Source: a virus (taxonomy: Duplodnaviria > Caudoviricetes). From it: DNA of 25,045 nt. Numbering within the stretch: position 1 is the stretch's first letter; each line of letters starts with the position of its first letter. The notes under the pieces were generated by a model. It did not search any database, had not been told where the DNA came from, and worked only from the letters and a program-made list of their open reading frames with translations. A program made the position numbers and the translations under genes. The DNA lies in IMG/VR virus record IMGVR_UViG_3300017761_006638, positions 1 through 25,045 of that record; one strand, 5' to 3'. Below are positions 18,474-25,045 of this stretch, in pieces.

Positions 18474-18814
18474 TATTTAACCATTAATCCCATTATCTGA
18501 TCTAAACTTACTTCACCACCAGGTAAACTTGAACCTTCACCTACTGTACTAACAGGAGGAGGTACATATGCTGGTTGAGCATGTGATGAGTTAGCTGTTA
18601 TAGTAGTGTCAAATTCACTACCAATCATAGCTCTTAAATTACGTTTAATATCTGGGTTTATGTGGGTGGTTGTAGAATAAGGAATAGGGTTAGCATTCTC
18701 ATTAACTACAGTTTTAGGAGAACGTACAGCTTCAAGTAGAATATCTTTAATTTCTTCTTGAATTGCTTCACGAACTGCTTCTTTAATTAATTTTTTTAAA
18801 ATATCTGTTTTCAT
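18473..18814 (-). CDS. Hypothetical protein, possibly an internal head protein
   Basis: N-terminus MKTDILKKLIKEAVREAIQEEIKDILLE with repeated hydrophobic-x-E units. Confidence 0.6.
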   Translation of the reverse strand: MKTDILKKLIKEAVREAIQEEIKDILLEAVRSPKTVVNENANPIPYSTTTHINPDIKRNLRAMIGSEFDTTITANSSHAQPAYVPPPVSTVGEGSSLPGGEVSLDQIMGLMVK

Positions 18815-18817
18815 ATA

Positions 18818-18826
18818 TATAAATAT
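18818..18826 (-). promoter_or_regulatory. Putative late promoter ATATTTATA
   Basis: In the gap upstream of the ATG at 18814. Confidence 0.5.
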
Positions 18827-18830
18827 TTAA

Positions 18831-20375
18831 TTACCCAGCATTTAAATCAGGGTTTGAATCTATAAGGAATCTTAATTGATCAAGTAAAACCTGTGGATCT
18901 GAAGCAAATGAAGAATCAGTTTTTAAAACAGGTATACCATTTATAGTTAAAGCTTGAGCATAACGTCTAGGGTATTTATTATTATTTGCTTCATCAAGTT
19001 TTAACTCTAAAGTAAATCCTTTATAAGTATTACCTTGTTGTAATGGATCACCTTGTTGTGATGAATTATTTTGAGGATCCTGGATTGTTTGGATCACACT
19101 ACTGTTACTAATTCCTGTAGCTTGGTTAACTAAGGTATTTAATTCATCATTGATTGTTTCAAAAGGGATATTTTGACTTTGAGAACAATTTCTTAATAAA
19201 AAATCTAATTTATCTAATAATTTTAAAAGAAAACCTAAAACAACACCTAATGCTGTAAGGACTAATTCAACAATATTAAGAATAACTTTAGATTTTCTTA
19301 TTTCATCTGTTGCTTTTTCTAAAGCTACAGATACAGCTGCTACAATAGGTAAAGGTACTACTACCACAGCGATTATACCAGCTTGTAATCCTGTAATAAC
19401 AGCATCTACAATATCTAATACTTTAGTTGTAGTATCTATAGTTTTATATATTTTATTTATTTTTTTAACTAATTTATTACGTTTATTAATTAATTTTAGA
19501 ATTTCATCTTGTCGTGGACATAAAATTAAATCTTTTAATTTTTCTATAGATATACCAGCTAAAATAGATTGTATAATTTCTACTCCAAAAGGAGCTAATA
19601 ATTTAAATATATAAGGTATTAATATTTGTTTAATTTCTTCTTTTTGAATATTAATACTTAAAGATAGTTTTACAAACGGAGGTAAATTTTCTTTAGCTTT
19701 TTCTAAATTATTTAATCTTTCTAATTCTCTAATTTGGGAAGAAATAGGATCAATATATGTTTGAAGCATAGATTGATTTAATTCTTCAATTTTAGGAATT
19801 ACAGTTAATGTTTTATTAACATTAAAAATAGTAGCAGATTTATATTTAGGATCTATAGCTTTTTCATAATAAGCATTAGCTTTTGATTGAGCTGTAGCTA
19901 AATCTGAACTAGAAAATTCTTTATTACCAACTGTAAAAACATAAGGAGGTTCTGTATCTGAGGTAGATGTTTTAGTTACTTGAAGAGGTTGGGTTGGGAA
20001 TTCAATTGTTTTAGTACTAGATAAAGGATTAGACATGGGTCCATATCCTGATTTAGTATATATAATTTCTGTAGATTTAGGATCTATTTCTGTTTCTGGG
20101 AAGGTAAAACTCCATTCACCATTTTTATCAGTTGTAACTTTCTTATTTATAGATTTTATTGAGTCAGATGTAGGTATTTGTATAAGATTTACATTTACCC
20201 CAGATAAAGGATTTCCATTTATATCTGTTATTTTACCTTCAATAATAGCATTAGTGATTATTTGCGGTGAAGTATCAGTTATTTGGCTAGGACTATTAGT
20301 ACCTGACCCGCTATCATTAGCTCCAATAGGGAGTAATGAGTATATATCTGATGGGTTGGGTAAATTAATAGGCAT
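18831..20375 (-). CDS. Baseplate-hub-associated protein with carboxypeptidase-regulatory-like beta domain and hydrophobic helical hairpin
   Basis: IEGKITDINGNPLSGVNV...TTDKNGEWSF...KSGY matches the transthyretin-like/CarboxypepD_reg pattern; two long hydrophobic stretches between coiled coils. Confidence 0.55.
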   Translation of the reverse strand: MPINLPNPSDIYSLLPIGANDSGSGTNSPSQITDTSPQIITNAIIEGKITDINGNPLSGVNVNLIQIPTSDSIKSINKKVTTDKNGEWSFTFPETEIDPKSTEIIYTKSGYGPMSNPLSSTKTIEFPTQPLQVTKTSTSDTEPPYVFTVGNKEFSSSDLATAQSKANAYYEKAIDPKYKSATIFNVNKTLTVIPKIEELNQSMLQTYIDPISSQIRELERLNNLEKAKENLPPFVKLSLSINIQKEEIKQILIPYIFKLLAPFGVEIIQSILAGISIEKLKDLILCPRQDEILKLINKRNKLVKKINKIYKTIDTTTKVLDIVDAVITGLQAGIIAVVVVPLPIVAAVSVALEKATDEIRKSKVILNIVELVLTALGVVLGFLLKLLDKLDFLLRNCSQSQNIPFETINDELNTLVNQATGISNSSVIQTIQDPQNNSSQQGDPLQQGNTYKGFTLELKLDEANNNKYPRRYAQALTINGIPVLKTDSSFASDPQVLLDQLRFLIDSNPDLNAG

Positions 20376-21691
20376 TATATAGTTTTTACATTTTCAGATA
20401 ACAAAATATTTAAAGAAGTTTTTAGGGTTTCAACTTGCCCTAAAAGAAGACCTCCTTCAGCTTGTAAAGAAGGTACAGGTCCTCCAGCGTTAAATGATGT
20501 TGCCATTGCATTAGCTATACCTCCTAAAGCTTCTATTATACTAGTTAAAGTTTGTTTTAAATTATCTCCTAATACTACAGATTGAAGTGGAGCACCTACA
20601 TATCCTTCACCCCCAACAAAATTTCCAAGGTATACTTTAGGTGCTGTTAATCTAATCTCATCAGAATAAGTAGATATAGTAGTAGTATCAATATTAATAG
20701 ATCCATTAGAGGATAAATAAATTGATTTATCTGCACTTAAGAGTATATGATCATTTTGAGCATTAAAAACTAATCTACCTGAATTTAAAAGTATTTGATT
20801 ACCATTATATAAATCAGGAGTTTGGGGGGTTTCTTTTATTTTATTATATGAATTAAATTTATTAGTGAATATAGTAGCTAATTCTAAATTAACTTTTTGA
20901 GTTGAAGTTAAATAGATAGATGATTTATCTAAATTAATATTTTCTAAAGTAGGAATCCAAGCATCAATTGAACCATCAACTCCAACAGAAGAATTAGGTT
21001 GTCCGTTTCTTATAATAGTTATAGGATCTCCATTATTACTCCCTTCAGACCAAAGATTTGAAACAGCTAATGTATCTTTAACTGTTGATCCTAATCTTAT
21101 AGAATTACTAAATCTACCTTCATATAATATATCTCCTTCATAAGGTAAAAGAGGATGATTTTTTAAAACATTATTTTCATTAAAATAAACTCCCAAATTT
21201 ATCTCTGTACTTTGGTCAGTTACTCTTCTAGTTGATCCAGCTTCAACCTGTTGATAGTCTTTTTTTTGACTTTCAGGTAAAGTAATTAAAGAAGGAACAG
21301 CATTATGTATTTGACTATTCCATATGTTTATAGGAGGTAAATAATAAGCTGATACTGAGTTAGTATTAGATGTGACATCTACATCTGTAAGATATATAAC
21401 AGGTACTAACTCATTAATAAGAGGGTAATGTTTGATATTTGGGAAAGCAGGATAAGCGGGAATAAGAGAAATTTGATCACTAAATAATGGATTTTTAGCT
21501 GATTCAACAAATACAGTACCTATACTATTCCATTCTCCAAATTCTGTAAATCGTGGGTGATTACTATTTAAAATGATATCTTTAACTCTACTTGAAAAGA
21601 TATCAAAAGTAGATATAGATTGTCCTCTACCTATTGAAGATTGTTTAGTAGTCCAATTACCTTGATAACCATATGTTGGTTTTTTACCCAT
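20375..21691 (-). CDS. Baseplate hub / central spike protein (T4 gp5/VgrG-like, no recognisable lysozyme)
   Basis: YPLINELV (OB-fold-like), PYEGDILYEGRFSNSIRLGS, beta-repeat segment QILLNSGRLVFNAQNDHILLSADKSIYLSS, KVYLG and VVLGDNL; located upstream of gp25/gp6. Confidence 0.7.
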   Translation of the reverse strand: MGKKPTYGYQGNWTTKQSSIGRGQSISTFDIFSSRVKDIILNSNHPRFTEFGEWNSIGTVFVESAKNPLFSDQISLIPAYPAFPNIKHYPLINELVPVIYLTDVDVTSNTNSVSAYYLPPINIWNSQIHNAVPSLITLPESQKKDYQQVEAGSTRRVTDQSTEINLGVYFNENNVLKNHPLLPYEGDILYEGRFSNSIRLGSTVKDTLAVSNLWSEGSNNGDPITIIRNGQPNSSVGVDGSIDAWIPTLENINLDKSSIYLTSTQKVNLELATIFTNKFNSYNKIKETPQTPDLYNGNQILLNSGRLVFNAQNDHILLSADKSIYLSSNGSINIDTTTISTYSDEIRLTAPKVYLGNFVGGEGYVGAPLQSVVLGDNLKQTLTSIIEALGGIANAMATSFNAGGPVPSLQAEGGLLLGQVETLKTSLNILLSENVKTI

Positions 21692-22029
21692 TATTTATCC
21701 TCTTTAAATTTATCTATTTCAGCTAATAATTGGGCTTTTTCTTCTTCAGATATACTTAAACTACCATCAGTAGATCCATTATTACTCATAATACGTTGGA
21801 TGATAGTAGCCATTTTAATTAACTGTTCATCATTTTTAACACTTATTTCTAAGTATTCTTTAATTAAAGGAACAATCAATGTAGCATCACCTATCTCATT
21901 CACCAGTGGTTTTAATTCTGATATGAGAGCAGAGATTTGTTTTTCTTTTTTCTTTTGATTATTATATATCTCTTCTAATATGTCAGAAAATTTTTTACTA
22001 CCAAATACAATATTATCTAAACCATTCAT
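21691..22029 (-). CDS. Hypothetical helical phage protein
   Basis: 112-aa ORF coupled to the spike gene by a TAATG overlap and preceded by the ATATTTAT motif. Confidence 0.65.
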   Translation of the reverse strand: MNGLDNIVFGSKKFSDILEEIYNNQKKKEKQISALISELKPLVNEIGDATLIVPLIKEYLEISVKNDEQLIKMATIIQRIMSNNGSTDGSLSISEEEKAQLLAEIDKFKEDK

Positions 22030-22043
22030 GGTATTTATTTAAC

Positions 22044-22052
22044 TATAAATAT
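22044..22052 (-). promoter_or_regulatory. Putative late promoter ATATTTATA
   Basis: In the gap upstream of the ATG at 22029, at the start of the structural block, right after the sigma factor gene. Confidence 0.55.
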
Positions 22053-22054
22053 AC

Positions 22055-22771
22055 TTATGGGAAATTTGTATACCCATTTTCTAAATAGAAATAATAATAT
22101 TCTTTAAATATATCATAAAGTTTATTTGCTATTTTAGTAATTTTAGGTGTTTTAGCATCAATAATTTCTCGGATATAGATATATAATGCTTTTTTATTAA
22201 AGATTTCTATACTTTCTCTTTTACGGAATAATTCTAAAATCGCATCTGCTATCTTAGCATCCCCATCTTTAGGAAATAATGTATGAATATTTTTAGAACA
22301 ATAATCAACATATTGATCCATAAATGTATTTAACTTTTGATTTATAGGAGTATCATCAATATTATAACTATGTCTTTCATCTGATTCTAATTCTTCAACT
22401 GGGGCTTTATCAACTCGTTTTTTGTAATTTTTAGTATTAGAAATAATAAGATAACGTTTAGCAATAGTTCCAAAATATGAATATGCTTTAGCTCCTTTTT
22501 CTGGGTTAAATAGATGAATTTTGGAGAGTAAAAATGAAATTACTTCATGTTGTAAATCAGATATATTATCTACCTCAGTATAATAAAATTTAAAAGTATG
22601 AATAATATTTTCTGTTAATTTAAAGAAAGCATAATGGATACGATCACTATAAATTCTACTTCTTACTTCAAAATCTAAAGTATTATTATATTCAATAATT
22701 GCATTTTCTGTTTCTTGAGTGAAATACATCCCACTTGTTTTAGGTTTAACTACTGCTATCACTTCACTCAT
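22055..22771 (-). CDS. Phage RNA polymerase sigma factor (T4 gp55-like late sigma)
   Basis: YFTQETENAIIEY and FNPEKGAKAYSYFGTIAKRYL resemble sigma region 2 of gp55-like proteins (F-D/N-P-E-K...A-F/Y-x-Y-F). Confidence 0.7.
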   Translation of the reverse strand: MSEVIAVVKPKTSGMYFTQETENAIIEYNNTLDFEVRSRIYSDRIHYAFFKLTENIIHTFKFYYTEVDNISDLQHEVISFLLSKIHLFNPEKGAKAYSYFGTIAKRYLIISNTKNYKKRVDKAPVEELESDERHSYNIDDTPINQKLNTFMDQYVDYCSKNIHTLFPKDGDAKIADAILELFRKRESIEIFNKKALYIYIREIIDAKTPKITKIANKLYDIFKEYYYFYLENGYTNFP

Positions 22772-23043
22772 AAATTTTTAATATTAAATTGATTTAAAAT
22801 ACTTTGAATTTGTTTAACTGATTCAAAGAAAAATCCTACTTCATCATCTGATTTAAATGATTCTTTAGCATCTATTTCTTTAAGTTTCTTATCAGACATT
22901 TCAATTATATCAGATACTTTATTTAAATAAGACATATATCCCATTAGGATATCTTCTTGTTTTTCATTTTTTCTAAGTAAGTTAAAGGTCGTGTATCCTA
23001 AGATCACGACCATCAAACTTAATATAACAATTGTAATTATCAT
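22768..23043 (-). CDS. Small membrane-anchored protein
   Basis: N-terminal TM helix MIITIVILSLMVVILGYTTF followed by a coiled coil. Confidence 0.7.
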   Translation of the reverse strand: MIITIVILSLMVVILGYTTFNLLRKNEKQEDILMGYMSYLNKVSDIIEMSDKKLKEIDAKESFKSDDEVGFFFESVKQIQSILNQFNIKNL

Positions 23044-23816
23044 ATATTATCTAATAAACTTTTTAATCCTTCACTCTTGATATTACTTAAAGCTTTAGTC
23101 TTAACAGGTGCTTTTTTATTTTTCTCAATTGTAAAATTTGATGAGTTATTTTGGGTTACTTCACCTTTAAATTTAGGCATCCATACTTGTTCGAACTCAA
23201 TACGTGCTGCTATTAAATCCGCTTGATGTACAATAAACACTAACGCAGTACGTGGTTTTGTTTCTGGTGACCAAGACATTAAATATGGCTTATTAGCATC
23301 ATCATATAAACCATCATGTAACTTAATAGCTAACATTTCATTTTTAGAGAATGTAATACCATGAGACATGAGTAAATGTAATCCACGATCTGGTACTGAC
23401 ATATATTCAAGACGATCATTGAACTTATAGTCTTCACCTAATTTCTCTTTACGCCATTGATCTGTCTGAGGGATATACGATTCGTTTTGTTCATCACCCA
23501 TTTTCCCTAGATCATGATTTAGGGCTGCAAATACTAATTCTTCAAAGGTATATGTTGAAGTATCTACTCCCATATCAACCCAAACTTCATTTAATTTAAA
23601 AGCACAAAGTACTACTCGCAACACATGATCTACATAACCACCTGGGAATGCATTATGGTATTCTTTTTTATGAGAAGCAGGCATAAGCATAATACGTTCA
23701 GCATACTGTTCATAAAATGCTTTTAATTTTGAACGGCGAGGTTCAGAAATATGAGTATCAATAATAGATAGGAATTTATTCCAATTATCTTGGATTTGTT
23801 CTGCTGTTAATTTCAT
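23040..23816 (-). CDS. HD-domain phosphohydrolase (YhaM-like HD domain)
   Basis: PASHKKEYHNAFPGGYVDHV, HDLGK, HDG and HQAD motifs. Confidence 0.85.
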   Translation of the reverse strand: MKLTAEQIQDNWNKFLSIIDTHISEPRRSKLKAFYEQYAERIMLMPASHKKEYHNAFPGGYVDHVLRVVLCAFKLNEVWVDMGVDTSTYTFEELVFAALNHDLGKMGDEQNESYIPQTDQWRKEKLGEDYKFNDRLEYMSVPDRGLHLLMSHGITFSKNEMLAIKLHDGLYDDANKPYLMSWSPETKPRTALVFIVHQADLIAARIEFEQVWMPKFKGEVTQNNSSNFTIEKNKKAPVKTKALSNIKSEGLKSLLDNI

Positions 23817-24016
23817 TGGGCAGCAACATTTAATTCATAACCATCAACTGGCTCACTTTCAATATAAGTTCTAGCTTGTTCAATTGATTCTCTAATACGT
23901 TCTAAAGCAGCTCTATATTCTTCAATTGGTTGTTGTTGATTAACAATGAAGTTAAGCTGGTTTGTTAGTCCCTCAATCTTATTGAGTTCATGTAAAATAC
24001 TGTTTCTATGTTTCAT
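23813..24016 (-). CDS. Small hypothetical helical protein
   Basis: 67-aa ORF with an ATGA overlap into the HD gene. Confidence 0.65.
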   Translation of the reverse strand: MKHRNSILHELNKIEGLTNQLNFIVNQQQPIEEYRAALERIRESIEQARTYIESEPVDGYELNVAAQ

Positions 24017-24032
24017 ATACTATTTATATTAT

Positions 24033-24056
24033 AAACGTTATTACGTTATAACGTTT
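24033..24056. repeat. Triple ACGTT repeat / inverted repeat
   Basis: aaacgtta-ttacgtta-taacgttt. The outer 8-mers are reverse complements, and acgttataacgt (24043-24054) is a perfect palindrome. Confidence 0.6.
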
Positions 24057-24112
24057 TCTTCATAACCCGTAATTATACGATAATAAAATAAAACTATGGG
24101 GCCAAATTATTC

Positions 24113-24526
24113 TTAAGAAAGGTTTACTATATCTTGAATTTGTTTTAAAAATATACATCTTTCATATTCTTCTACACTTTCAAAATATACTAAAGCAGCA
24201 TCTAGTGTTTTTTTAAATACTTCATCTGAATATAAATGAATACAATCAAGATGTATTTGGTTAGTGATATCTAATTTAAATAAATGATTATAAGCTTTAT
24301 CATAAACCATATACCCACTAATTCTTTCAATCTCAATAACATTTAAATCTGGGTTAGCATCACCTAAAAATTTAATTAATTGTTTAGCAAATGTTTCATA
24401 GTTAGTAATTAATCTTTTAAACATCCCTATCCATATTACAGGACTATCAGATAAATCTATCTGTGATATAGTCTCTTCAGGTTCTTCAGGAGACTTAAAT
24501 AAACTAAATATTTTGTTAATATTCAT
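24113..24526 (-). CDS. Hypothetical protein with C-terminal UVR (UvrB/UvrC-like) motif
   Basis: LDAALVYFESVEEYERCIFLKQI resembles the UVR motif (A...E-x-Y-E-x-A/C...L). Confidence 0.6.
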   Translation of the reverse strand: MNINKIFSLFKSPEEPEETISQIDLSDSPVIWIGMFKRLITNYETFAKQLIKFLGDANPDLNVIEIERISGYMVYDKAYNHLFKLDITNQIHLDCIHLYSDEVFKKTLDAALVYFESVEEYERCIFLKQIQDIVNLS

Positions 24527-24607
24527 ACATTATACATATGGTAAAAAGCGATTTTAAGTGGGGTTAATACACTTACTTATATTTTATATATATCGTAATA
24601 TAATAAG

Positions 24608-24632
24608 AAAAAAAGCGGCTAAAAGCCGCTTT
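24608..24632 (-). terminator. Rho-independent terminator
   Basis: Minus strand reads AAAGCGGCT-TTT-AGCCGCTTT, running into a 7-T tract, about 20 bp after the stop of 24655..24972. Confidence 0.8.
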
Positions 24633-24654
24633 AAAAAGTAAGTTGAAATTATTA

Positions 24655-24972
24655 TTATCCTTTAATTAATTGTTTAGCACCTGTTAGACTAGTTGCTTTA
24701 TCAAATCGCGAGTCTGTATATGAACGGCACTCAGCTATTTGGTTATAGACTCGTTCTAATTCATAAGATGTTTGACGATCTGTTTCTTCAAATTTTTTAT
24801 AAACTTGTTGAAGATTATAATCCCTATCTCGAGTACCATTATCTATCCACTCATGAGTGGCTTTTAATTCAAATGTTAATTTGTTAACCTTAACTATACC
24901 CCAAATAATCACAGCCATAAAAGCAACTGCAATAATCGAGAGCATACCTAAAACGAAAGATGTTGTTTCCAT
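24655..24972 (-). CDS. Membrane-anchored coiled-coil hypothetical protein
   Basis: N-terminal TM helix FVLGMLSIIAVAFMAVIIWGIV; Shine-Dalgarno AAAGGAGA upstream. Confidence 0.75.
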   Translation of the reverse strand: METTSFVLGMLSIIAVAFMAVIIWGIVKVNKLTFELKATHEWIDNGTRDRDYNLQQVYKKFEETDRQTSYELERVYNQIAECRSYTDSRFDKATSLTGAKQLIKG

Positions 24973-24980
24973 AATTTGTT

Positions 24981-24988
24981 TCTCCTTT
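24981..24988 (-). promoter_or_regulatory. Shine-Dalgarno ribosome binding site
   Basis: AAAGGAGA ending 8 nt upstream of the ATG at 24972. Confidence 0.6.
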
Positions 24989-25010
24989 ATTTTAATAACT
25001 TACTTTTTAG

Positions 25011-25045
25011 TGCACCTTGCAGGAATCGAACCTGCGACCTACTGA
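25011..25045 (-). tRNA. 3' half of a tRNA gene (anticodon outside the window; isotype undetermined)
   Basis: Minus strand: TCAG (anticodon stem 3' side), TAGGTC, T-arm GCAGG-TTCGATT-CCTGC with a perfect 5-bp stem, acceptor 3' strand AAGGTGC, discriminator A, then CTA rather than CCA. Confidence 0.9.

Noticed and set aside
19032-19059. 10-bp direct repeat accttgttgt (QQGDPLQQGN)
   Set aside because: Only two copies in a low-complexity linker; a minor local duplication.
16135-21691. Bacterial T6SS/eCIS/tailocin rather than phage
   Set aside because: The flanking primase, phage-type sigma, nucleases and tRNA, with no bacterial housekeeping genes, point to a large phage genome.
21691-22029. Small terminase subunit call for the 112-aa protein
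   Set aside because: Size and helicity fit, but there is no diagnostic motif and no large terminase nearby.
56-24972. Possible stop-codon reassignment (the gene ends I checked use TAA or TGA, not TAG)
   Set aside because: Long genes are open and tightly packed under the standard code with no fragmentation. TAG avoidance is expected in AT-rich genomes.
45-25045. Short plus-strand ORFs in the track (45..257, 5082..5294, 5436..5690, 7397..7606, 10622..10819, 16856..17056, 18115..18315, 20035..20382, 21641..21958, 24693..24887, 24857..25045)
   Set aside because: All lie antisense to well-supported minus-strand genes or the tRNA and have no recognisable motifs, so they are shadow ORFs.

Overview
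AT-rich, gene-dense segment of a large myovirus-type bacteriophage genome. All credible genes are on the minus strand in the standard code, many with TAATG/ATGA overlaps. Read in transcription order (right to left), it contains: the 3' half of a tRNA; small hypothetical and membrane genes; an HD-domain hydrolase; a T4 gp55-like late sigma factor; a contractile-tail baseplate module (gp5-like spike, gp25-like, gp6-like and gp7-like wedge proteins, three paralogous tail-collar-like proteins); a GIY-YIG nuclease; DNA primase; a PD-(D/E)xK nuclease; and an unusual cassette of two paralogous Pol-beta-family nucleotidyltransferases. The second of these is the N-terminus of an 820-aa multi-domain protein (NTase, HxGH nucleotidyltransferase, possible RNase-like domain, Zn ribbon, HExxH metallopeptidase). 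Putative prohead-protease propeptide/cleavage motifs and a putative late-promoter motif (ATATTTAT) suggest this cassette is packaged in the head and injected into the host, which makes it the best candidate for an undescribed system. All calls rest on motifs recognised by eye; no database searches were run.
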